DNA of 48,338 nt from Candidatus Woesearchaeota archaeon (GTDB lineage: Archaea > Nanobdellota > Nanobdellia > Woesearchaeales > DATGWN01). The DNA lies in contig JBLINR010000001.1 of NCBI GenBank assembly GCA_047639395.1, forward strand, positions 1 to 48,338, read 5' to 3'. Position 1 is the stretch's first letter. Every line of letters begins with the position of its first letter. Positions 1-8,228 of the stretch are shown here, one piece after another. A model generated the notes under the pieces. It had not been told where the DNA came from and ran no database searches. It was given only the letters and a program-made list of their open reading frames with translations. The position numbers and the translations under genes were made by a program.

Positions 1-416
1 AACAATTAGATGAAACGCGATGGACAGAACAAGAAATCCTTCATATGCAAGATGTTGCTATATTGTATGAAAAAGGACGATTCTTGTTAGCAATATTGAT
101 TTTGTTTCTCATTGGAATGAGTGTGTACTTGAACAAAAAAGAGTTGTTATCAGCATTTTTCAAATCAGCACGTCTTGGATTTCTTATAAGTCTCGTTGGA
201 GGCATTAGTGTATTTTTACTTTCATTTACAGACGTATTTGTTTTATTTCATGAAGTAGCATTCTCAAATGATCTATGGTTTTTCCCACATCCTGTATGGC
301 TAACAACCCTTTTTGACGATGCATTCTTTGTTGCAATCACATTTAGAATTTGGATTACTGCTACTGTTTTCTTCTTTTTATTATATGTCCTTACAAAACT
401 CGTACGAAAGGCTTAA
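1..416 (+). CDS. Integral membrane protein, 5'-truncated by the window edge (DUF1461/TIGR01906-like, tentative)
   Basis: The frame of ORF 45..416 stays open back to nt 3 (QLDETRWTEQEILHMQDV...), so the gene starts upstream of the window. The C-terminal part has about 3 hydrophobic helices. The family guess rests on the E-x-x-H-M-x-DV stretch recalled from memory. Confidence 0.45.
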   Translation, partial: QLDETRWTEQEILHMQDVAILYEKGRFLLAILILFLIGMSVYLNKKELLSAFFKSARLGFLISLVGGISVFLLSFTDVFVLFHEVAFSNDLWFFPHPVWLTTLFDDAFFVAITFRIWITATVFFFLLYVLTKLVRKA

Positions 417-443
417 GTGTAATCTGTTGTTTCTAAAAAAGAT

Positions 444-1478
444 ATGGTGACGCCTAAAGAGGTCTTAGATGCAACCAATGCAACTCACCGGAAATTACTA
501 GATACATTTGGAGATCATATTCCAATAGTAACTTCACCTACTGATCTTCCTGTAAATCCAGATCAACGTAGACTGTATGTTGCAAGTCACATTAGTCATT
601 TTGATTCTGTTGCTCTTTTGTATTCGATTATCACACAAGGACATCGAGCACCAAGAGTTGTTTGTGGTGAAAACTTATTTCATCCGATCGTTAGTGGTAT
701 GATGGAGAAATGGATCGGCATTCATCCAAAAAAGTACGGTGCAATAATGATACCACGGGATCCTAGAAAAGTTAAACAAGTGTTTCAAGATATACGTAGT
801 AGTTTTGAACAAGGTCATGATGTTCTTATTTTTCCTGAAGTCCATACTGTTGGTTCTCATAAAAAAACAGGACGTTCTTATTCCGGCTTGGTTGGTGAAG
901 TAGCATCATTAGCAACAGGTGCAATTATTGCAGCTAATGTTACAAATAAAGCAATTGTTCCAGTTCACGCATCTTACAGTTGGGTTCCGGAATCAGTGAA
1001 ATATCCGCGATTTCAGTCACGTGATAAATCAACTTTGTGTGGATGGGTAGCTCACAGTGTTGACGAACTCGCAACTTTTGTAACATTATATGATAACATT
1101 ACTTCTGTTCAAGTTGACATTGGTGCTCCGATTTTAGTGAATGGCGCCGATAACACCAAAAGAAAAAGTTTAACACTTACTGCGCAAACAACATTACGGT
1201 CACTTGTTCCATTTCATCCTGTGAATTCTTTGTGTTACTTATTACAATCTGGATCTCACTCTTGGGAACAGTTACGCGAACAACATGGTGAATTCTTAAC
1301 ACAAAAAGTATTTGCAGCTGGACATACATATATTGGTGACGAAGGAAATGGATTCGACTATGGTAAAATATTACTTAGTAAAAATGGAATTATAACTACA
1401 GATTCAAATAACATCACTGTTCTGAATCCTGCCGTAGTTCAGTATTATGCTAATCAAGTAGCACATCATTTTGATTAA
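444..1478 (+). CDS. PlsB/GPAT-type glycerol-phosphate (or DHAP) acyltransferase-like protein
   Basis: Acyltransferase blocks are readable in the translation: I VASHISHFDSVALL (H-x-S-H-x-D), II GAIMIPRD, III IFPE...KKTGRSYSG, IV AIVPVHASY. Confidence 0.6.
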   Translation: MVTPKEVLDATNATHRKLLDTFGDHIPIVTSPTDLPVNPDQRRLYVASHISHFDSVALLYSIITQGHRAPRVVCGENLFHPIVSGMMEKWIGIHPKKYGAIMIPRDPRKVKQVFQDIRSSFEQGHDVLIFPEVHTVGSHKKTGRSYSGLVGEVASLATGAIIAANVTNKAIVPVHASYSWVPESVKYPRFQSRDKSTLCGWVAHSVDELATFVTLYDNITSVQVDIGAPILVNGADNTKRKSLTLTAQTTLRSLVPFHPVNSLCYLLQSGSHSWEQLREQHGEFLTQKVFAAGHTYIGDEGNGFDYGKILLSKNGIITTDSNNITVLNPAVVQYYANQVAHHFD

Positions 1479-1610
1479 TTCAGAAGTCTACCAACTTGTG
1501 ACATCACTTATTTGTTTTCTCAAGTAGTAAATTTTAGTAACTTATATAAAGGAGTATTTGAAAAGTACTACTTAAGCGGATACATTGTTTGCTAAAAGAG
1601 GGGTTGTATA

Positions 1611-2438
1611 ATGATAATTAAAGAAGAATTTTTGAGTAAGTTACGACGGTATTTTGGATTAAATCTTTACGAAGTAAAAATCTGGACGGCATTATTATCA
1701 CGAGGCGTATCTACAGCTGGTGAATTAAGCGATATTGCAGATGTTCCAAGAAGTCGAAGTTATGATGTTTTAGAATCACTAGAAAAACAAGGATTTGTTA
1801 TAATGAAGATTGGGAAACCTATCAAATACATTGCAGTTGATCCTATGGAAGTTGTTGAACGTGTTAAAAAGAATGTTAACAAAAGTGCAAAAGACAAAGT
1901 TGATCGTCTTGAGAATCTTAAGAAAACAGATGTTCTTGCAGAATTAAATTCACTACATGATCAAGGAATTGAACTTGTTGAACCAAGTGACTTGTCAGGA
2001 TCCATTCGTGGCCGACATAATTTATACAGTCATTTAGAACTAACAATTTCACAAGCTGAAGAAACAGTTACAATGCTTACAACTACGCAAGGGTTTATTC
2101 GAAAATCGGAAGGATTAAAACCTCTTTTTGAAAAACTCAAAAAACGTGGTGTAACTATTCGTATTGCAGCTCCGTTAAACAAAGATTGTGCTGGCGCAGT
2201 TAAAGACTTAGCAGGTATTGCTGAAGTTCGACATACTGAAAAAGTATTAGGCCGATTCACACTTGTTGATGCAAACGAAATTGTGTTTATGATTATGGAT
2301 GACACACAAGTACATCCAACATACGATGTAGGTATTTGGGTTAACACTCCATTTTTCACACAAGCTATAGAAAATTTATTTGAACTAGCTTGGAATGAAA
2401 TGAAACCTGCAAAGGATGCATTAAAAATTAAGGCCTAG
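1611..2438 (+). CDS. TrmB-family transcriptional regulator
   Basis: N-terminal winged helix LYEVKIWTALLSRGVSTAGELSDIADVPRSRSYDVLESLEKQGFV matches the TrmB signature. The 275-aa length fits a TrmB N plus C domain. Confidence 0.8.
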   Translation: MIIKEEFLSKLRRYFGLNLYEVKIWTALLSRGVSTAGELSDIADVPRSRSYDVLESLEKQGFVIMKIGKPIKYIAVDPMEVVERVKKNVNKSAKDKVDRLENLKKTDVLAELNSLHDQGIELVEPSDLSGSIRGRHNLYSHLELTISQAEETVTMLTTTQGFIRKSEGLKPLFEKLKKRGVTIRIAAPLNKDCAGAVKDLAGIAEVRHTEKVLGRFTLVDANEIVFMIMDDTQVHPTYDVGIWVNTPFFTQAIENLFELAWNEMKPAKDALKIKA

Positions 2439-2465
2439 GTCTTTCTTTTCTTTATTATTTTTTGT

Positions 2466-2894
2466 TTAGTAAGTTTTTTCTTGTAATGTTTCTCTGACGA
2501 GATTTTTGAATATTTCATGTTCTTTATCTGGAGCAACGCTGCGGAATCTTTGAAATAATCTTGTTTCCTCTCTGTTAGGTACAAATAAATGATTACTCGT
2601 TCCATATACTCTAGCGTGATGTGAACCAAATTGTTTTACTGTTAAATCTACATATAACTCTAAAGTATCATCCCACGTCGCAACGTGTCCGTGTCCATTA
2701 TATTTTCCTGTAACTGGTACAAGACCGAGTTCAGATTTAATAACTTTAGCAACGTGAACGCAACATCTGTAAGGATAAATCGGAAATAATTCTTTACCTG
2801 CCCTGTCAATAACGTGAAGTGTTCGCGCGTAGGGTAATAAGTCAAGGAGTTCAATTTTTCTCTGTTCAGTTTGTTGATAAGGTTTTACAATCAT
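2466..2894 (-). CDS. Hypothetical Cys/His protein, tandem paralog A
   Basis: 142-aa ORF. It shares LPY..TL, C-x-H, H-x-x-W and D-(L/I)-x-(L/V)-T-x-x-QF blocks with the upstream gene 2891..3346, and its start overlaps that gene's stop by 4 nt. Confidence 0.5.
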   Translation of the reverse strand: MIVKPYQQTEQRKIELLDLLPYARTLHVIDRAGKELFPIYPYRCCVHVAKVIKSELGLVPVTGKYNGHGHVATWDDTLELYVDLTVKQFGSHHARVYGTSNHLFVPNREETRLFQRFRSVAPDKEHEIFKNLVRETLQEKTY

Positions 2895-3346
2895 CTTTTC
2901 AACCTTTCACTCTGAGCAAAGTGTGCTTCATATTGCCTTACAAGAGCGACAATACCGCTCACTTGGAACCGAAAGAAAACTTTATTGTGTTCTTTTTGCT
3001 CTTGTGTATATCCGGATGCTCTTACATACAGTTCATCTTTTTTAGTAACAAGAATTTCAGGATATTTGTGATCAAACTGTTGTGCTGTCAAACAAATATC
3101 TATACCTCTTTGCGGATCATAATTCCAAGCATGCCACTCGTATTTGGGATGTTTAAGACCTTTGCGAGTTGTTATTTTTTCATACCATCCTGCAACTTCT
3201 TCTAATTCAGGAATTACGATATGACTCGCACGTGTTGCATGCTGACATTTTCCTTTTGGAAATCTAAGCCCTGTGACTAATTTAGTAGAGTTACGAATAG
3301 CAACAAGTGTTGTATAATAAGGTAATGTAGAAGGATCGATAAACAA
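2891..3346 (-). CDS. Hypothetical Cys/His protein, tandem paralog B
   Basis: 151-aa ORF with TLPYYTTL, KCQHATRASH, WHAWNYD and IDICLTAQQFD blocks that align with paralog A. Confidence 0.5.
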   Translation of the reverse strand: MFIDPSTLPYYTTLVAIRNSTKLVTGLRFPKGKCQHATRASHIVIPELEEVAGWYEKITTRKGLKHPKYEWHAWNYDPQRGIDICLTAQQFDHKYPEILVTKKDELYVRASGYTQEQKEHNKVFFRFQVSGIVALVRQYEAHFAQSERLKR

Positions 3347-3352
3347 AGAAAA

Positions 3353-4108
3353 TTACCTCTTTGTTTTTTTAGTGGCTTTTTTTGTAGTTTTCTTGGCAGC
3401 TGTTTTTTTCACTGCCTTTTTTACTACTGTTTTCACTACTCTTTTTGTAACTTTCTTCACCACTTTTTTAGTTACAGTTTTTTTCTTAGCTACTACTTTT
3501 TTAACAACAGCTTTTTTCTTAACAGGTGCTTTTACTGCAACTTTTTTCTTAATTACAGGTGCAACCTCTTCAGAATGTATTTTACTTTGAACTGGTTTGA
3601 TTGATTTCTTCTTAAGTTCTTTTTCTAAATCGTTCATTTCAGTTTGAAGTTGATTAATTGTGTGACTGTTGTCTTGTTGAGTAATCATTTCTCCACATTC
3701 TGGGCATGAATAGTCAAATGAAATTGCTGTTTCGAAGTCAAGTCGAATACATGAACTTACACAGTGGAAAAAAACAGACTGTTTTTCTCGATGTAATCGA
3801 TCTTTAAGATTGTCAAGGCGTTTTTCTTTAATTTGCCAGTATAAATGTGCAATATTGTTAGTGTTAAATGTCCAGTAATAGATGTACCACCCTTTTTGTT
3901 TGTCTTTTTTACGATTAAAGCTAACTAAATTTGCATTTAACAGACGATAAAGTCGATTTCGAATAGTTTGAATTTCAAGTTCCATCTCTTCAGCGATAAC
4001 AAACTCAGATGTATTTTCCTTATCAGTAAGATAATCTACAAGGGGCAAAGTATCTTCGCCAGAGACTTGCGTTATTACATATTCCGTGAGTTTTTTTGTC
4101 ATCTTCAT
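3353..4108 (-). CDS. tfe: Transcription factor E (TFE alpha) with a long Lys-rich C-terminal tail
   Basis: TFE/TFIIE-alpha winged helix (SEFVIAEEMELEIQTIRNRLYRLLNANLVSFNRKKDKQKGWYIYYWTFN) and Zn-ribbon cysteines (HCVSSC...CPEC), followed by an ~75-aa K/V/A/T tail. TATA-like ATTTAAAAGG lies ~35 nt upstream on the minus strand. Confidence 0.8.
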   Translation of the reverse strand: MKMTKKLTEYVITQVSGEDTLPLVDYLTDKENTSEFVIAEEMELEIQTIRNRLYRLLNANLVSFNRKKDKQKGWYIYYWTFNTNNIAHLYWQIKEKRLDNLKDRLHREKQSVFFHCVSSCIRLDFETAISFDYSCPECGEMITQQDNSHTINQLQTEMNDLEKELKKKSIKPVQSKIHSEEVAPVIKKKVAVKAPVKKKAVVKKVVAKKKTVTKKVVKKVTKRVVKTVVKKAVKKTAAKKTTKKATKKTKR

Positions 4109-4329
4109 GGTGCGTGAAAGTTATTTAGGGGTTCTGTTCCTTTTAAATGTGATCTTTGTTTGTAAGGGATGTTCTCGTCGCTTTGCGTGTGTTTTTGTGT
4201 GCACCACGACGAGACCCTTTATGAGGGGCAATATTTGTAATTACTTTAGAGGGACACTAGTATTTAAATGTTTCGGTGCTGTAGTTACTTAATAGTGAGT
4301 ACATTAGGACACTTTATACATAAAGTATA

Positions 4330-4632
4330 ATGCCTTTAGATATGGATTATAATTTTAGTATAACTGTAGATGATTTGAATACAATTGTACCTGCATTTCG
4401 CCAGGAAAGACGTCCTGCTGTTCGCGCAGTGGCTTTTGGTTTAACGTGTGCCCTTGAAATTATAACAACAAATCCTGACGGAAAACAGAGAGTATTAGAG
4501 GATTTGGTTCAAAGACAAAGTTTGTCTCACCCGGTTGCTAGAGGTCACCATCTAAGAAAGTATCTTACTGGAAGCTACAAACCTGAAGAACTATCTGATG
4601 TTTTACGTGCATACGTTAAAGAACAATCATAA
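4330..4632 (+). CDS. Hypothetical protein
   Basis: 100-aa ORF with no recognisable motif. It overlaps the hjc 3' end convergently by 6 nt. Confidence 0.35.
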   Translation: MPLDMDYNFSITVDDLNTIVPAFRQERRPAVRAVAFGLTCALEIITTNPDGKQRVLEDLVQRQSLSHPVARGHHLRKYLTGSYKPEELSDVLRAYVKEQS

Positions 4633-5007
4633 ATCAGCCAAATCAATACCTTTACGCTCAACTAAATCTCGATTAAACCCAAAATTACCTGGCGTTTCAT
4701 GTAAATCTTCACATAACATGAATTTCCATGGTTTTCTACTAAAACGCACTGCGATGAATGGTTGTGCACCAAATTTACGAGAAAATACAAGAAAATCTGC
4801 AATTTGACTCTTAGAAATATATCGCGAGTTACCTTTGACACTTTTACACTCAAAGGAATACACGCTACGTGTGTTTCCTGCCAAGATATCCGTAGAAGGT
4901 GTTTGTGTGGCACCACTTGCCGCAACACGTACTGCAGAGAACCCATGGTCTTGTAAGAGGTGTACTAACTCTCTTTCTAATGCAAGTCCTTTGCTTTTTA
5001 GTGACAT
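4627..5007 (-). CDS. hjc: Holliday junction resolvase Hjc
   Basis: KGLALERELVHLLQDHGFSAVRVAASG...DILAG...YSFECKS...GAQPFIAVRF matches the archaeal Hjc pattern. TATA 5031..5038 lies 24 nt upstream of the ATG. Confidence 0.85.
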   Translation of the reverse strand: MSLKSKGLALERELVHLLQDHGFSAVRVAASGATQTPSTDILAGNTRSVYSFECKSVKGNSRYISKSQIADFLVFSRKFGAQPFIAVRFSRKPWKFMLCEDLHETPGNFGFNRDLVERKGIDLADL

Positions 5008-5030
5008 ATAGTCATTTTGGCAATATTTGT

Positions 5031-5038
5031 TTATAAAT
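5031..5038. promoter_or_regulatory. Palindromic TATA box (TTTATAAA) serving hjc and possibly the + strand sRNA candidate
   Basis: TTTATAAA lies 24 nt upstream of the hjc ATG (minus strand). On the + strand it lies ~45 nt upstream of the stem that starts at 5081. Confidence 0.5.
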
Positions 5039-5080
5039 AAATGGAGCAGGGTTGTCTAGTGAGACAGTATATTACTTTAA

Positions 5081-5178
5081 AGAACTCATGCGGTGATTCC
5101 CCAACAGTTGTTGCTATGCGTCGAGAGGGCTGCATGAATCACCCTCTCTCCTGATCTTACACCAAGGCATGAGTTCTT
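5081..5178 (+). ncRNA. Candidate structured small RNA (unclassified)
   Basis: 12-bp closing helix AAGAACTCATGC (5081..5092) / GCATGAGTTCTT (5167..5178). Inner 8-bp helix GGTGATTC/GAATCACC competes with GAGAGGG/CCCTCTC. The region looks GC-richer than its flanks by eye and is followed by TTTTCTTGGTTTT. It lies between the hjc promoter and the next gene's own TATA (5216). Confidence 0.3.
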
Positions 5179-5215
5179 TTCTTGGTTTTATATAAAAATA
5201 AAGGAGAGGCGAAGG

Positions 5216-5222
5216 TTTATAA
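5216..5222 (+). promoter_or_regulatory. BRE/TATA promoter (AAGGTTTATAAGG) of the 5248 gene
   Basis: TTTATAA ends 26 nt upstream of the ATG at 5248, the same spacing as other genes in the window. Confidence 0.5.
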
Positions 5223-5247
5223 GGACAATTTTCACCCTTAGTACACA

Positions 5248-6744
5248 ATGAACACGTTTTTGAAATATGCGCTCCTTGTGGCAATTTTACTTTTGTCTCT
5301 TGGTACTCAATTTATTTTTACTGGTGCGCAATATACGGATGAACAATCTTATCTTACATTTCGTCTTATTGATATAACGCAAGATTCTTTTTCTTTCTCA
5401 TATCAAGATGACTTAAGTTTTCAAGGCAGAGAATTATTTTTGAATCCGCTCTTATACAAATTTTTAGGAATTATGCAACAAGATATGCCTGATCCTATTT
5501 TTGCATATATGTACACTGCAATAATGCTCTTAGGTGCAATCGTACTTGTGTTTTTAATATCTGATAAACTCACAAAATATTCTTGGCATGTAATTGGTGC
5601 AACACTTCTCGCAGCATTTTTACCCATAACTGCGATTAATATATTCAATACGTTTACACTCATTCCATTATTGCTTGTTGCAATGCTTATAGGCCTATAC
5701 GTATATGTTCAGTACTTACAAAAAGAAAAGTACGCAGGGTACTTGTATGTCACTTGTATTATTCTTAGTGTTATACATCCATTGATGGTTTTATTTGTAT
5801 TAGGATTACTTACATACCATGGGCTTGCAACTTTAGAGAAAAAGCGTACACTTCTTGTTGAGAGGGAAGTTTTATTATTTACTATTCTATTTTCATTTGC
5901 AGTTAATTACATTATATATTTTCAAGCGTTTAAAGTTCATGGGAGCTCGTTACTGTGGGATATTGTCTCAGTAAGACCATTCATTAACTTTGTAGAGTTT
6001 GTTCCTCTCGCGCCAACTATGGGCTTCTTAGTGCTTGCTGCAACAATTTACATAATATATACATCTATAGCACAGCAACAACCCAATTTTTTACTCATAG
6101 TAAGCAGTTTCACCATTGTACCGGGTCTGTTAAATATCTTTGGAATACTCTCTGCAGATACAAGTATGATCTTCATAGGATTTTTTGGCTCAATTCTGTG
6201 TGTAGCATTTTTTGATATTATACGAACAATACTTTTTGAAACAAAAGCTGCCAAAAAAAGACGAGGGCTTTTAATCACTATAATTATACTTCTTGCTGCA
6301 ACTCAATTTTTGTTTTTTGCCTACTATGGCACAATTTCAAAATCGGCATCACAAACAACACAAGTTGATGACGCATTAGATTGGATACAAACATATACGG
6401 AACCAAATGCAATTATTGTAACACCTATTAAATTTTCACAAAAAACAATGTACAAAACAAACAGGATGACACTTGCAGATACGCAAGTATTAGGACTGGT
6501 TGATTATAAAAAAAGAGTTTCAACAATTGAGAAGATATACACAAGTTTGTTTGAATCACAATTACTTGATCTCACAACACAGGCAGGGTTGTATTCTGAA
6601 CAACCAGGATACATTGTTGTTTTTGCAAATACGCAGTTATGGGAATCAAATGCCCTTAAGACAACATGTATGGACGAAGTGTATAGGCAAGACTCAGTTG
6701 CTATCTATAATGTGACATGCCGTGTACTGGAGAAATCAACATGA
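5248..6744 (+). CDS. Polytopic membrane protein, GT-C-like (ArnT/PMT-type) glycosyltransferase, tentative
   Basis: 498 aa with more than 10 predicted TM helices followed by a ~130-aa soluble C-terminal domain. YTDEQSY after TM1 resembles the first-loop DE motif of GT-C enzymes. Confidence 0.45.
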   Translation: MNTFLKYALLVAILLLSLGTQFIFTGAQYTDEQSYLTFRLIDITQDSFSFSYQDDLSFQGRELFLNPLLYKFLGIMQQDMPDPIFAYMYTAIMLLGAIVLVFLISDKLTKYSWHVIGATLLAAFLPITAINIFNTFTLIPLLLVAMLIGLYVYVQYLQKEKYAGYLYVTCIILSVIHPLMVLFVLGLLTYHGLATLEKKRTLLVEREVLLFTILFSFAVNYIIYFQAFKVHGSSLLWDIVSVRPFINFVEFVPLAPTMGFLVLAATIYIIYTSIAQQQPNFLLIVSSFTIVPGLLNIFGILSADTSMIFIGFFGSILCVAFFDIIRTILFETKAAKKRRGLLITIIILLAATQFLFFAYYGTISKSASQTTQVDDALDWIQTYTEPNAIIVTPIKFSQKTMYKTNRMTLADTQVLGLVDYKKRVSTIEKIYTSLFESQLLDLTTQAGLYSEQPGYIVVFANTQLWESNALKTTCMDEVYRQDSVAIYNVTCRVLEKST

Positions 6745-8003
6745 AGACGGCGATAATTTTTGTAGGGATTCTTGTAACAATACTTGCATTGACTGCGCAA
6801 TACGTACCGATTCTTACACCTTCAACGTTAGAACTTCTTGATCCTGCAACATACAAAACGCCACTAGAAACACTACTTATTGAAAGCTTAACTTGGGCGA
6901 TTCCATTTTGGGTATTTACAGCACTATCTTGTGCGTTTTTACTATTTGCAATATACCATACGCTAATTCCGTTAGTTAAACAGAAACGACGTATATTACT
7001 CTTTTTGTTTTTTATTATATCACCTGCATTCATTTACGCACATGCAACAGTTTCAACACTTGCAATACAAGTGGGAATATGGTTATTTCTTTTTTCCTTT
7101 GTAAGAGAAAAACACTGGTTGATGTATCCATTGAGCGTCTTGATTAGTTTTAATTCCTTTGTAGATTTTTTAATTGTGTTTGCAATTTTTATCGTTCGAT
7201 TTAATAGTAAAACAATCTATATAATTGGAGCAAATCTTCTCGCATTACTTGCATCTATGTATGTGTACGCGAAACAAGGATTTCTTATCGAACAATACGT
7301 ATCTTTACATACGCCAATATTACCTATTACATTATTTGGTGCACCGTATGGATTATCGTTAGTATTAGCAATTTTAGGAATAATTGGAGCAATTCTTATG
7401 TACAATTCAAAAAACGCACGCCGTTTTTATTTTGGTGCATTCCTAGTTGTTGCAAATTTATTCTTCTTAGAATTCTCATTGGCACTTACACTTATTGTAA
7501 GTATTGTTTCAGCAATTCTTTTTGACAATCTACTATCAACACCATGGACCATGCGGTGGAGCAAATATGCGGCAACAAGTCTTATTATCATTATTGTACT
7601 CATTGCTGCAATATTCTATACGCAAGGGCTAATGCAAGAAGGTCCGTCTAAGGAGAGATTACTTGCCTATAATGAGATTCCGGCACAATCTGTAGTATTA
7701 GCACACCCGGCACTAGCACACGAAATTTCTTATATTAATTTAGTTCCGTTTGTAACTACTGATAAACAACTTGTTGACTATGAACAAAGAATTGAGCTTG
7801 CCAAAGTATTATTTAATACAACACATATCGAAGAATTACTCCCATTATTAAAAGAGCAAAAAATATCATACATTGTTGTTACAAAAGATCTGCAGGAAGA
7901 TTATTGGCCAAGTGACTCTGGGATGAAAGTTGCATTAACAAATAGTGTGTTTGAATTATTGTATACAAACAAAGATGTAACTGTATACCGAGTCGTTTCT
8001 TAA
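6741..8003 (+). CDS. Polytopic membrane protein, same architecture as the preceding gene (GT-C-like, tentative)
   Basis: ATG 6741 overlaps the upstream stop (ATGA). Multi-TM N-part plus a soluble C-domain whose end (IVVTKDLQEDYW...VTVYRVV) resembles the upstream protein's end (IVVFANTQLWE...VAIYNV). Confidence 0.45.
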   Translation: MKTAIIFVGILVTILALTAQYVPILTPSTLELLDPATYKTPLETLLIESLTWAIPFWVFTALSCAFLLFAIYHTLIPLVKQKRRILLFLFFIISPAFIYAHATVSTLAIQVGIWLFLFSFVREKHWLMYPLSVLISFNSFVDFLIVFAIFIVRFNSKTIYIIGANLLALLASMYVYAKQGFLIEQYVSLHTPILPITLFGAPYGLSLVLAILGIIGAILMYNSKNARRFYFGAFLVVANLFFLEFSLALTLIVSIVSAILFDNLLSTPWTMRWSKYAATSLIIIIVLIAAIFYTQGLMQEGPSKERLLAYNEIPAQSVVLAHPALAHEISYINLVPFVTTDKQLVDYEQRIELAKVLFNTTHIEELLPLLKEQKISYIVVTKDLQEDYWPSDSGMKVALTNSVFELLYTNKDVTVYRVVS

Positions 8004-8227
8004 GCATTGAATATTTCTATAACAGAAAAGAAAAGCATTACAATACTAATTATGACTGCAAGCACAACATACCCAAACCCACCATATTCTTTAGGTTCGG
8101 CACGAATCTTAATAATCTGATGAACACTTGCTATAATGATTAAAGGTGCGATAAAATAATTAATATAGGGTATAAAACTACCTAGACTACAAAGGAAAAT
8201 AAGTTTAGAATCGGCTTTAGATTTCAT
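8000..8227 (-). CDS. Small two-TM membrane protein (DUF4190-like), last gene of the GT2 operon
   Basis: 75 aa with two hydrophobic helices. Its start lies 1 nt after the stop of GT2 gene 8229..9554. Confidence 0.45.
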   Translation of the reverse strand: MKSKADSKLIFLCSLGSFIPYINYFIAPLIIIASVHQIIKIRAEPKEYGGFGYVVLAVIISIVMLFFSVIEIFNA

Positions 8228-8228
8228 A

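Noticed and set aside
3372-3590. 72-aa + strand ORF rich in Phe/Thr
   Set aside because: It is the antisense shadow of the Lys-rich TFE tail (AAR codons read as YTT). No independent support.
4173-4227. GC-rich hairpins (TCTCGTCG/CGACGAGA and CCC-TTTATGA-GGG) in the tfe / 4330 divergent intergenic region
   Set aside because: They lie between the two divergent TATA boxes, so they are upstream of both transcription starts. No terminator or own promoter is visible. They could be a regulator site, but the evidence is too thin to call a feature.
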